A program made the position numbers and the translations under genes. Below are positions 17,584 through 27,085 of a DNA stretch of 64,000 nt, one piece after another. Each line of letters begins with the position of its first letter. Positions within the stretch are counted from its first letter, which is position 1. Under the pieces are notes generated by a model. It was not told the origin of the DNA. It saw only the letters and a program-made list of their open reading frames with translations, and ran no database searches. Source of the stretch: Kiritimatiellia bacterium (lineage in GTDB: Bacteria; Verrucomicrobiota; Kiritimatiellia; RFP12; UBA1067); NCBI GenBank assembly GCA_050949565.1, contig JBMNFY010000017.1, positions 1,632,001 to 1,696,000 of the forward strand, read 5' to 3'.

Positions 17584-18409
17584 ATGCGTGTCGATCTCAT
17601 CGCAGTTGAAGGTGCACACGACCTTGCTTTTGTTCAGAGACTACTCAGCGCTTTCGGTTTTGAACAGAAGAGAAAATTGGATAACCCGGAAAACCCCTCG
17701 GAAAACATCCCGTCCGAGGTTCGAGAGTTAGTTCCTAAGACATTCCCAACAAACGAAGAGCGTGATATCCACAAACGCTCTGACGTTCCTGCTTTCCATG
17801 TCAAAGACGAACAGTGTGTGGTTCTGATTTCTACTGGAGGTGACTCCAAGCTTGTTGGGGGGGGTGTCTTCTGCGATTGTAATTCTGGACAAAACTGATA
17901 TTCGCCCGTCATCGATTGGTTTCATTTTGGATGCAGACAGTAATCTGCCTAAGCAATTTGATAAACTGAAAACTGAGTGGGGCGAAAAAAGTAAAGACAA
18001 TGAATTACTCGGGACGTACTCGTTCCCTTCACATGTCGGCGTTTGTACCACAGGCACATGTCCGTTTGGCGTGTTCGTTATGCCCGACAATCAGAGCAGC
18101 GGCTCTTTAGAAACGCTCCTCCTGCAACGGGCGAAAGGTGTTTATCCAGTCCTGCATAAAAAGGCTGACGACTTTATTCAAGTCGTTAAGAACACCAAAG
18201 ACGCGATTCCGCCCGGATCAGAACTGGGCTCGAAGGGGCAAAATGAGGGCAAGGCCGTCCTCCACGCCATGACCAGTGTATTGAAACCTGGGAAGACCCT
18301 TCAGGCCAGTATCAGCGATAATGAATGGGTTCCTCAAGCCCCGGATCAATTTCCAGATTTTTTTCTACCACTTGTGAAGTGTCTCTCGCAACTTCTCGAT
18401 CTGAATTAG
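17584..18409 (+). pseudogene. TOPRIM-like / DUF3226-like protein split by a +1 frameshift at a G8 run
   Basis: VEGAHD in ORF 17584-17898; IGFILDAD and GVFVMPDNQSSGSLETLL in ORF 17840-18409; removing one G at 17857-17864 joins them (..KLVGGVSSAIVILD..). Confidence 0.72.
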
Positions 18410-18460
18410 AAAGGGAAGAAGAGTCCGGGCATCGAACAGAAATGATGAAAGGCGACCGCG

Positions 18461-19911
18461 ATGCAATTGGGATGGAGCAAAATCAAGCAGAGTATTGGAA
18501 GGGGTGCACGGGAAGAGGCCGGAGAGACAAGCTCGGGGGCCGAGTATGAGCGGGAGCCGGTTCCGGAGCACGCTTGGCTGGGGTTGAAAAGCTATGTGGG
18601 GCAGTTCGCGGGCGAGCATGTCGCCGGGACGGAGCTGATGATCGGGCCGCTCTTTCTCGCGGCGGGGGTCAGTGCGTTCGACTTTTTTGCTGGCCTGTTC
18701 GTCGGCAATCTGCTGGCCGTACTGAGCTGGACGCTTTTCACTGCGCCGATCGCCACGCGCGTGCGGCTGACGCTCTACTACCACCTCGAAAAGATCTGCG
18801 GCCGCAGACTGGTGGTGTTCTATAACATCGTCAACGGCGTGATGTTCACGGTTCAAGCCGGGGCGATGATCACGGTGTCGGCCACGGTGCTGGGGTCTTC
18901 TTCAAATTCCGCATGCCGGAGTTGAGCGACACCCTGCCGACCGGCTTCGGTTGGATTGTGGCGGTATTGGCGACCGGCGTGCTCTTTTCGATTGCGGCGG
19001 TGAAGGGCTACCGGGTCGTGGCTGCCTTCGCCAATCTGGTCGCACCGCTGATGGTCGTGATGTTCGTGGTCTTCGGCGTGATCGGTTTTCGCAAGATGGG
19101 CGTGACCGGACTCGACAACTTCTGGGAGATCGCTTCGACGCGCATCTGGATCGGCGGCGAACCGCAGCCGGGGCAGGTGAAGTTCACGTTCTGGCATGTG
19201 ATGTTTTTCTCCTGGTTCTGCAACATGGTCTGGCATATCGGCATGGCCGACCTCTCGCTTTTCCGCTTCGCCCGTAAATCGTGGTATGCGCTCTCTTCGG
19301 CGGCGGGGATGTACCTCGGCCACTTCATGGCGTGGATCGCAGCCTCGACCCTCTACGCGGTTCAGCTTCAGGCCGATCCGACCAATACCGCCGTGCTGCC
19401 CGGTCCGCTGGCTTACAACGCCTGCGGTGCGTTGGGCCTGCTGGTTGTCGTGATCGCCGGCTGGACCACGGCCAACCCCACGCTGTACCGCGCGGGTCTC
19501 GCTTTCCAGGCGCTGGTTCCCGAGGCATCGCGTGCCAAGGTTACGCTGATCACTGGACTCGCGGCCAGCGTCACCGCGATCTTCCCGGTCGTGATCATGA
19601 AGCTGATGGGATTCGTGGCGATGTGGGGCATGATCCTGATGCCGATGGGCGCGGTGATCTTCGCTGATTACTGGCTGTTGCCGCGTTTCGGCATGCGGCG
19701 GTTTATCGCCGAGCATGTGCGGTTACCGATGAATTGGGCGGCGGGCGCGGCCTGGCTGGCCAGCGTTGTCTTCAGCGTCGGACTGTTGGCGGCCTTCGGC
19801 GCGGACAAGATCTTCTTCGTCAGCTTTCCCAGTTGGTTCGTCGCGGTACTCGTCTATGTCGCGCTGAGCCGTTCCCTTCAGCGCTCCTGCCCATCTGATA
19901 TCAATGCCTAG
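18461..19911 (+). pseudogene. NCS1 (purine/cytosine permease-like) transporter with a -1 frameshift at a G4 run
   Basis: 'EYEREPVP','AGEHVAGTE','DLSLFRFA','GWTTANPTLYRAGLA'; adding one G at 18892-18895 gives ..LGVFFKFRMPE.. as one ORF; may be an assembly error. Confidence 0.72.
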
Positions 19912-19947
19912 GACGAAAGAAACGGAAGCGGACGATCCCACACACAG

Positions 19948-19998
19948 GGGAGGGACGAGCGTCTGCTCGTCCAGGGCAAGCAGACGCTTGCCCCTCCC
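19948..19998. repeat. REPIN-like inverted doublet
   Basis: GGGAGGGACGAGCGTCTGCTCGTCC-a-GGGCAAGCAGACGCTTGCCCCTCCC. Confidence 0.85.
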
Positions 19999-20066
19999 GC
20001 ATGTCCGTGCCAGCCTTATGGCCTTTTTCAGGTGAGATATAACCTCTAAACGGAGATAACACACTT

Positions 20067-20381
20067 ATGCACAGACACGCCTTTAAGATGAAACTCAAGC
20101 CCGGTACTATCGCCGAGTACAAACGCCGCCACGACGAGATCTGGCCTGAACTGGCCGAGGCGCTGAGCGCGGCAGGTATCTCCGACTACTCGATCTTTCT
20201 CGATGAGGAGAGCCTGACGCTCTTTGCCGTGCAGAAGCTCAGCGAGACAAACACCGCCGCTCAATTGCCGCAGACCGCGATCATGCAGAAGTGGTGGGCC
20301 TACATGGCGCCGTTGATGGAGGTCAACCCCGACAACTCCCCGGTTTGTACGGAGCTGCCGGAGATTTTCCACCTCGCGTGA
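20067..20381 (+). CDS. rhaM: L-rhamnose mutarotase
   Basis: 'AFKMKLKPG..EYKRRHDEIWPEL..AGISDYSIFLD..IMQKWWAYMA'. Confidence 0.95.
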   Translation: MHRHAFKMKLKPGTIAEYKRRHDEIWPELAEALSAAGISDYSIFLDEESLTLFAVQKLSETNTAAQLPQTAIMQKWWAYMAPLMEVNPDNSPVCTELPEIFHLA

Positions 20382-23300
20382 TCCGCAGCCAGACCCGTAG
20401 CAGTTCGGACACGCCCCACGCCTGTGCGCAACAACCGCGTGCCGCGTGCGGCGCGTCGCCATCGCAGATCTCCGGCGGATGCCCCAGACAGCCGCGGTTC
20501 AACTGTTCGATCGCCGACCCCAGCAGCGAGAGCCCGGTGGCGCGCGCGGAGTCGCCGTACAACTGAACCAGCGCCTCGACGTAGAGCGGGAAGGGCCAGC
20601 TCCACGCCGTGCCGTTGTGGTAGGCGGGTTTGCGCCGCGTGTCCTCGTCGCCCAGATAACGCCCTTGATAAGGCCGGTGCGGATCGTTCAGCAGGGTGCC
20701 GTTGTGCCAGACGGCGCAATCCGCCAAAACCGGTCGATCCGCCAAGCTGCGGATCGCGCCCGGCACCAGTAGCCGCTCGCACGCGCTGATCATCGTACGT
20801 GCCAGTTCGGGTGCCAGCGGCACGCCCAGCGTGAGTGCCAGCAGTTGGTTCGGGCGCAGCGTATCTTCCTGCAACGCCCGCTCGGCCGGTTCGCCAGCCT
20901 TGGCGCGCAGACAGTCCGCCAGCCACCCCTCCTTGACCACGTAGAGCCGCGCCAGCGCCGATGTCGCACGTTCGGCCAGCGCGTTCCATTCGGCGTCGAT
21001 CTTGCGTGCCACCAGCCGCAGGCTTGCGATCCAGAGCGCCTGAATCTCGACCGGATACCCTTCGCGCGGCGTGGCCGCCGGATAGTTGGTGTCCATCCAG
21101 GTGAAGTGCGACGGACTGTAGATCAGCCCGCTCGCCGGATCCATGTGGATGCCGTTGGGCGTACCGTCGCGATAGTACGTGAGGATCGACACCAGCACCT
21201 CGCGCAGCGTACGCGATCCGCAGGCCACATCAAGCACCTTGCGGTCGCCCATCGCCTCCATCAGGTCGCCGGCCGCCACGCAGAACCAGAGCGGCGCGTC
21301 AGAGGTGTCGCGGTTGCCCACCGTGTTGCCGTGGATGATATTCGGCAATGTGCCGCGTTCTTCAAAGCGACCGAACTCGCGCAGGATTTCCAGCGCGTCA
21401 TCGTGCCGGCCGTCGGCGATCAGCCCGCGCAGCACGATCAGCGTGTCGCGCCCCCAATCCAGAAACCACGGATATCCCGCGATCACGGTCTTCAGCGCAT
21501 CGCGCCGCACCACGTAGAGCGACAGTGCCTGCGACAGCGTTTCCGGTATCGTCGCCAGCGCACCCGTCGGCGTTGCATGTTGGGCGTTGAATGTTGCGGA
21601 TTGCGGATTGCGGATTGCGGATTGCGAGTTGTCCCCCGCCTTAAGCGTGATCTCGCCGCCGTCATCCAGGAGCAGATCGAACCAGCCGGGACTGAAAAGA
21701 TCGCTGTGTCCGTCAAGCCCGCGCTCCTGCTCTTCGGGATGCGCCACCATATACGCCCACGACGGCTCGATGTGGAATGCTCCCGCTGTGGCTTCGATGC
21801 CCAGCCGCATACCGTCGGTCGGCTCGAAAGTAAATCCGCGCGCCAAGGGATGCACCGCCGCCGGCCACTCATGCTCCGGCCCCATAAAAGCTTTGGTCTT
21901 GTGGTGGAAGCTGCGCCACTCGATGTCCGGACGCACGATCACCTTGACCGGTTCGTCGGCTTCCAACAACCCGGCCTGCGCCGCATCCAATCCACACGCG
22001 CCGACCGCCGGTCGCGACACGCGCAGCCGCGCGCGGTTGACGCCCGGCTCCAATTCGAGCCGGAAGCGCAGCGGCACCCAGCGTCCGATGCCGCACGGCA
22101 CCTTGAAGCACCACTCGGCGAAGCGTCCCGCCGGATCAGTCGTGAAGGCGTCGAGGCAGGCCGCCTCGATTGCATGCGAATAGCCGCGATAGCGCAGCCA
22201 AGTGCGGCAGCGCGTCCAGAAAATCATCTTGTCGGCCGGCACCCGCGGATCGGGATTGACGGCGAGCAGGCAGTCGTACTGGCTGCGCACTTCGCCCCAC
22301 GCGGCACGCGCCTGCGCCATCGCGCCTGCGCTGTTCGAGAGCACGGTACAGAAGTCCGGCTCATTGCGCACACGTACGCCGCTGACACGCGATACCGCCC
22401 GCGCCGCACCGGCGGGCGGCAGCACCAGCAGGTCGGAGACGGCGCGTTGCACGCCTGCGTCGGTGAAGACCGTCATCACCAGCGAGCGCTGTTCGGCGCG
22501 TGTGCCGTCCAACGCCGCGTCGTACGGTGGCACGATCAGGAACGCGCCCCATGTGCTGTCGTCCAGCCGCACCGCGCGCTCGCGTGCCTGCGTGTACCGT
22601 CCGCTCTTCAACTCGGCGCGGAAGGGCGCATCGGCCCGCGCCAGCAACACATGGCCTTCGGGCAGCATCACCTGCCGACGCTGATCCTCGGGCCAATACC
22701 ACACCGTGCGGCGCGGCAGTTGGTTCGGCGCGTCGGCGCAGAAGGCATCGGGATCAGCCGTCATGGCCGCGCCCAGCTCATCAGGCTCGCAGGTGCAGGC
22801 AAAGCGTTCGTCATCGTCGCCGTTGTCTACCGCCGCGAGGTGCAACTTCACCCGCAACGCCATGAGATTCCGCCGGCGGCGCGACAGCGCGGCCGGTTCG
22901 ACGACCGCCGCCGCTGCGGCGTCGACCGCCGCGACATCTTCTGCGCACAGCGTCAGGCAGCAGGCGCGTCCCGGTGCAAGCGCGAGACCCGCGCCGGGCG
23001 TGAGTGCAAAGGCTTCGCCGGTGACGAGATCCCACGCCTTCGTTCCGTGAAAGGCCGCCTCGTCCCAGTGCGCCGTCTGCGGGTGCGCGCAATCGAGATT
23101 GACCAGCACCAATAACGCGCTTCCGTTGGCCGCTGCATCTGTGTCGATGTCGCGCAGCACCGCCAAGAACGGCCCGTCGCCGCGCTGCACCGGCCGCAGG
23201 CGCGTACCGGGGCCGAAGGCCGGATGCGTTTCCAGCAGGGCGTTCAGGCGCGCGATCTCCGCCACTTGATTGTGCGGCGCGTCCCAGTTGAGCGCCGAGG

Positions 23301-24690
23301 CGCCGTGTACGTCCACCTTCTCCGTGGCGAACCACTCGACGCCCGCCGTGATGCCGAACGCGCCTTGGTGCGAGAGCAGAGCCGACAGCGCCACGCGCAT
23401 ACGGGCATAACATTCGCCGCGCGCGGCCAGGCGGTTGTTGTCGTGCGTCTCGGCGAAGTGGATCAGCGGGCCGCAGCGTTCCGCCAGCGGGATCGCGCGC
23501 GGCAGGTACCAGTCGAATGCGCCGCGATCTTCGGTCTGGAACAATTCGGAGTAGGCCCAGTCCAGATTGGCTACGGTGAGCAACTCTTCGGTCACCTCGA
23601 CCTTGCCGCCCAGCCCTTCCAGCATGAAGATGGTGTCGGGGAACTCTTTGCGCACACGGGCCACGATATAGGTCCAAGTCTCGACCGGGATCATGTAGCC
23701 GGCATCGCAGCGGAAACCGTCCACGCCTTGGCTGCACCAGAAGAGAAACACCTTGGCCATGTAGGCGCGCAATCGTGGGTCGCTGTAATCCAACTCCACC
23801 AAGTCGGCCCAGGTCACGCCCCACGCGCCCGGCGAGATGAACTCGCCGTCGGGTCTACGCCGGAACCAGTCCGGGTGGTGGGTATGGAGCGTCGCGGCCC
23901 AGCCGGTGTGGTTGGCGGGCAGATCCATAAAGAGACTGCCGCCGCGACTGTGTACGGCATCGATCAGCTCGCGGAATTGATCGAGCGGCGTGGCGTACGT
24001 ATCGAACTCCGCCAGCGCGGGATCGACCGAAAAGAAATCGAGCGCCGCGAAGGCCGACCCGTAGCGGCCCATGCGCGCGTAGGTGGTCGGCACCGGATGC
24101 ACCGGCAGAAGCTGCAGGATGCGGAAACGCTGGCGCCCCATGATGGTGTCGAGCTGGCGGATAAGATCGCGGAACGTTCCCGATGGCGGGATGACGGTGT
24201 AGCCTTGCCGGTCGAGCGCGGCCTCGTGTTCCCTGAGTTCCGGCGTGCTCGGGTTGCGATGCCGTGCCGCGCCGAACTGGCGCACGAAGGCGGTGTACAT
24301 GGTATTGGCGCAGGCGGTGTGGGCGGGGCCGACCTTGATGCGCAGGTTGTCGCCCGCCGGCCACTCCGGCACCGACGAGCCCTCGGCAAAGAAACAGGCC
24401 TTGCCCTCAAAGATGCCGACTTCGGTCAACGGCACACGCACGCGGAACACGCCCGGCGCTTCCTCGCGCATCGGGATATCGTGCCAGTCGCGTGCCAGCA
24501 CCGGCTCGCCCGATTCAGTGCTGGCGATCAACTCGCGGCGTCGCACGCGCGCCATGCCGAGGTTGGTGCGGAAGACGGCGCGTCCCGGCCGGGGCCGGTC
24601 GAGCCGCAGTGTCACTTCAAAGAGATCTCCGGCCCATTTCAAATGAGGCGTGTCGGCTGATGGGGTCTGTTGCATAGTGGTGTACAGCAT
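20323..24690 (-). CDS. Fused glycogen-debranching enzyme: GH13 amylase-like domain + amylo-alpha-1,6-glucosidase (GDE_N/GDE_C)
   Basis: GH13 motifs DLPANHTG, GVDGFRCDAG, ETHDN; GDE_C motifs IAGYPWFLDWGRDT, FTWMDT, AYHNGTAW, QAWGVSE. Confidence 0.9.
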   Translation of the reverse strand: MLYTTMQQTPSADTPHLKWAGDLFEVTLRLDRPRPGRAVFRTNLGMARVRRRELIASTESGEPVLARDWHDIPMREEAPGVFRVRVPLTEVGIFEGKACFFAEGSSVPEWPAGDNLRIKVGPAHTACANTMYTAFVRQFGAARHRNPSTPELREHEAALDRQGYTVIPPSGTFRDLIRQLDTIMGRQRFRILQLLPVHPVPTTYARMGRYGSAFAALDFFSVDPALAEFDTYATPLDQFRELIDAVHSRGGSLFMDLPANHTGWAATLHTHHPDWFRRRPDGEFISPGAWGVTWADLVELDYSDPRLRAYMAKVFLFWCSQGVDGFRCDAGYMIPVETWTYIVARVRKEFPDTIFMLEGLGGKVEVTEELLTVANLDWAYSELFQTEDRGAFDWYLPRAIPLAERCGPLIHFAETHDNNRLAARGECYARMRVALSALLSHQGAFGITAGVEWFATEKVDVHGASALNWDAPHNQVAEIARLNALLETHPAFGPGTRLRPVQRGDGPFLAVLRDIDTDAAANGSALLVLVNLDCAHPQTAHWDEAAFHGTKAWDLVTGEAFALTPGAGLALAPGRACCLTLCAEDVAAVDAAAAAVVEPAALSRRRRNLMALRVKLHLAAVDNGDDDERFACTCEPDELGAAMTADPDAFCADAPNQLPRRTVWYWPEDQRRQVMLPEGHVLLARADAPFRAELKSGRYTQARERAVRLDDSTWGAFLIVPPYDAALDGTRAEQRSLVMTVFTDAGVQRAVSDLLVLPPAGAARAVSRVSGVRVRNEPDFCTVLSNSAGAMAQARAAWGEVRSQYDCLLAVNPDPRVPADKMIFWTRCRTWLRYRGYSHAIEAACLDAFTTDPAGRFAEWCFKVPCGIGRWVPLRFRLELEPGVNRARLRVSRPAVGACGLDAAQAGLLEADEPVKVIVRPDIEWRSFHHKTKAFMGPEHEWPAAVHPLARGFTFEPTDGMRLGIEATAGAFHIEPSWAYMVAHPEEQERGLDGHSDLFSPGWFDLLLDDGGEITLKAGDNSQSAIRNPQSATFNAQHATPTGALATIPETLSQALSLYVVRRDALKTVIAGYPWFLDWGRDTLIVLRGLIADGRHDDALEILREFGRFEERGTLPNIIHGNTVGNRDTSDAPLWFCVAAGDLMEAMGDRKVLDVACGSRTLREVLVSILTYYRDGTPNGIHMDPASGLIYSPSHFTWMDTNYPAATPREGYPVEIQALWIASLRLVARKIDAEWNALAERATSALARLYVVKEGWLADCLRAKAGEPAERALQEDTLRPNQLLALTLGVPLAPELARTMISACERLLVPGAIRSLADRPVLADCAVWHNGTLLNDPHRPYQGRYLGDEDTRRKPAYHNGTAWSWPFPLYVEALVQLYGDSARATGLSLLGSAIEQLNRGCLGHPPEICDGDAPHAARGCCAQAWGVSELLRVWLRITRGGKSPAAPYKPGSCRG

Positions 24691-24756
24691 AGCCGAACAC
24701 GCAGCGGAAGGCTATGCGATTCCGGAGTGAGGTTTTTTGAGACGGTGATGTCCCCG

Positions 24757-24785
24757 TTGACAACACTACGCCAATGGCGTACACT
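24757..24785 (+). promoter_or_regulatory. Sigma70 promoter with overlapping palindromic operator (higBA)
   Basis: TTGACA-17 bp-TACACT; palindrome TACGCCA-A-TGGCGTA at 24767-24781. Confidence 0.8.
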
Positions 24786-24791
24786 TTTCGC

Positions 24792-25115
24792 ATGGTAATT
24801 GTGGAGACCAGCGTGTTCACTCGCCGTATCGGAAGCTGCATGTCCGACGAGGAATATCGGGCGTTGCAGATGTTTCTTGTCGGGAACCCCTGTGCAGGAA
24901 GTGTTATTCCGGGCGGCGGAGGCCTGAGAAAATTACGCTGGTCAAGTTCAGGAAGAGGTAAACGCGGTGGGACGCGCATCATTTACTACTGGTGGGTTCC
25001 AGAAACGCTATTCATGCTGTTTCCATACCGTAAGAATGAGACAGAAGACTTAACAACGAACCAGGTACGACAGCTTAAAGCGGTCGTCGAGGAGTGGCTT
25101 CATGAAGAAAAATGA
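24792..25115 (+). CDS. higB: RelE/HigB-family toxin
   Basis: 'IVETSVF..DEEYRALQ..NP.AG.VIPGGGGLRKLRW..GKRGGTRIIYY..Y.KNE.EDL'; toxin-first order. Confidence 0.9.
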   Translation: MVIVETSVFTRRIGSCMSDEEYRALQMFLVGNPCAGSVIPGGGGLRKLRWSSSGRGKRGGTRIIYYWWVPETLFMLFPYRKNETEDLTTNQVRQLKAVVEEWLHEEK

Positions 25116-25392
25116 TTTTAACGAGTTGCTCGCTAGTGTCAAAGAGGCGGGAAGCATCAAGAAGGGCGAAAAGCCTGCAAGCCGCCGCTTTGAGTTTTCG
25201 CCACCCGACATCAAGAAGGTGCGGCGGTCGCTGAACGTCACTCAAGAGGTGTTCTCGCGCATGATCGGTGTGAGCGTTGGCACCCTTCAGAACTGGGAGC
25301 AGGGGCGGCGAGAGCCGGAAGGTCCCGCGCGGGCACTCCTCACTGTGGCCGCAAAGAATCCGCAAGCCGTACTATCCGCCCTTCACGAATAA
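25102..25392 (+). CDS. higA: XRE-family HTH antitoxin (HigA-like)
   Basis: 'FNELLASVKEA','LNVTQEVFSRMIGVSVGTLQNWEQGRREPEGPARALL'. Confidence 0.9.
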   Translation: MKKNDFNELLASVKEAGSIKKGEKPASRRFEFSPPDIKKVRRSLNVTQEVFSRMIGVSVGTLQNWEQGRREPEGPARALLTVAAKNPQAVLSALHE

Positions 25393-25417
25393 ACGCATAA
25401 CCGCAGTCAGTTGGTGA

Positions 25418-25478
25418 CAGTGCGGCGGCGAGTGGTATTCCGCGCGCCGCCGCTTTGGAAGCACAAGTGTGGTGGCGA
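25418..25478. repeat. Truncated copy of the REPIN at 5825-5946
   Basis: cagtgcggcggcgagtggtattccgcgcgccgccgcttt..agtgtggtggc matches the first half of the 5825 element. Confidence 0.75.
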
Positions 25479-25492
25479 GGCGGCGTGTCCCC

Positions 25493-25515
25493 AAATTACC
25501 TGTCCCTTAGTTGTC
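25493..25515. repeat. RAYT-island motif
   Basis: AAATTACCTGTCCCTTAGTTGTC. Confidence 0.9.
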
Positions 25516-25581
25516 CCGCAGGGCACTGGGACTGGACCGGCCTTGCCGGGTGGGGCAGCGCACCCGGCGCTTATTCCAATT

Positions 25582-25914
25582 CTACGCCTTGCTTCCCCAT
25601 ATGGCTTTGACGTATTCGTTTGATTCGGCATATGGACCGTACAGCGTTTCGCGGAGACCTCTTGGTGCCTTCTTGTCACAAGACGTCCATTCCACAAAAA
25701 CCAACCGATATGGTTTCAGACTTGTGGTATCTACAACGATCCCTGTGGCAATGATACGCCCGCCAGTCTTGAGTGCGATACCATCGCCCTTTTTGATCTG
25801 TTCGAGACGACCTTGAGTCGTTTCCGCATTCGCAAACCAGATTCCATGTTTGCGGCACAATTCATGAACAGGCCGGTTGTCCACCTTGGCGTGGGCGATC
25901 CAATACTGAGTCAT
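25582..25914 (-). CDS. Hypothetical protein, possibly EVE/PUA-like fold
   Basis: 110 aa; 'YWI..IKKGDGIALK..IIATGIV' pattern; start abuts the upstream stop. Confidence 0.6.
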   Translation of the reverse strand: MTQYWIAHAKVDNRPVHELCRKHGIWFANAETTQGRLEQIKKGDGIALKTGGRIIATGIVVDTTSLKPYRLVFVEWTSCDKKAPRGLRETLYGPYAESNEYVKAIWGSKA

Positions 25915-26411
25915 TACTCGGCCCAGCCTTTCTCTGTTTTCGACAGCGACATAGATGAGTTGAATCCAAGTGTTTTTTCTTTATATCCAGCCTCGGAAAA
26001 GCCGTGCGCATTTGCAATTCCTTCTGCTATTTCAGGAGGCAACATTTTTCCATCCTTCTTCCAGCCGTAATCCCCTTTGACTTTGGAATCGTTGGGGACA
26101 GGGGCCGCGCTAAACCGACCTCCGGAGCCTCCGAACACAGCCATTGCTCGGCGGTCCCACATACAATCATCTGTGAAGGTGATTTCGTACGTGAAATCCA
26201 TCTCGTAGAATTTCTCCCCGGTCATCGGCACCTTCTTCATTGCCCCGTTTGTCTTCTGAAACGCGGTCAACTTGTTCAAGCCCTTTGACTGTGACTGAAT
26301 CTTCGATTCGAGTATCTTCTTCGCATCGATCTCCGAAGGTTTTCCCGAACAACCTGTGAGAACCAGTGCACTTGTTAGTACCAGCAACAAAGATCTGATT
26401 CCGTTCATCAC
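25914..26411 (-). CDS. Hypothetical lipoprotein
   Basis: Signal peptide with LTGC lipobox; GGAG RBS; AT-richer codon usage. Confidence 0.7.
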   Translation of the reverse strand: MMNGIRSLLLVLTSALVLTGCSGKPSEIDAKKILESKIQSQSKGLNKLTAFQKTNGAMKKVPMTGEKFYEMDFTYEITFTDDCMWDRRAMAVFGGSGGRFSAAPVPNDSKVKGDYGWKKDGKMLPPEIAEGIANAHGFSEAGYKEKTLGFNSSMSLSKTEKGWAE

Positions 26412-26653
26412 TCATCTCCCAACCGCTTCTGCGTTTTTTAGTATCGGACCGTGCGGTTTACGGCTCCGACAGTGGATAAGATAATGCGTTTGATCTGTTA
26501 CGCACGCATGGTGCATACCATTCAGTCGCGTTCGGATTGCCGACACGACTTCTTCCGCTCATTGTCGCTTGTTCATGTTGATCCTTTCTCCGGTCGACGC
26601 TAAGACACGAAGCGTTGTGCGACCGATATTGCCAACGCCATTTAATAAGTGAA

Positions 26654-26845
26654 TTACTGTTTTTTTATGAGCAACAGTTTTGAAATCAAGTAAACGCCAA
26701 CAGCCGTCAATATAATGCCGAACCCGCCATCATCGAAGCGATATAAGTTCATTCCTTCAACTTCACTCAAATTTTGCTTAATGGTCAAAGCAACGATTAC
26801 CGCGCCCGCAAGACTTGCAATTGCGTAATGAACGGATTCCTTCAT
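26654..26845 (-). CDS. Small two-TM hypothetical protein
   Basis: 63 aa with two hydrophobic segments; AAAGGG upstream of ATG. Confidence 0.5.
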   Translation of the reverse strand: MKESVHYAIASLAGAVIVALTIKQNLSEVEGMNLYRFDDGGFGIILTAVGVYLISKLLLIKKQ

Positions 26846-27085
26846 AGTGTGCCCTTTCTATGACAATGACATGTTCTCACAGTAGTGAAATCACTACCAT
26901 CCCACAGGGTAAACCGGCAACTCACCGGCTCCCATGGTTGGCACGCATTGTGCGGGGGGGGGGTAAAAGTCAACCCAAAACTTTCTAACTTTCTACCCAG
27001 AACGCCACCCACATTACCAACAGATTTTTTTGGGGGCAGGGCTGGCCGCAAGTCGCAAGTCGCGGGTCGCGAGTCAACCTTCGTA

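Noticed and set aside
20845-24660. Long plus-strand ORFs (756 aa, 478 aa) and similar antisense ORFs throughout the window
   Set aside because: Shadow frames of real GC-rich genes, with no recognisable motifs.
26412-26653. Integron attC sites between the cargo ORFs
   Set aside because: GTTRRRY-like words are present, but I could not find matching inverse core sites with a convincing hairpin, and no integrase is present. IntegronFinder would test this.
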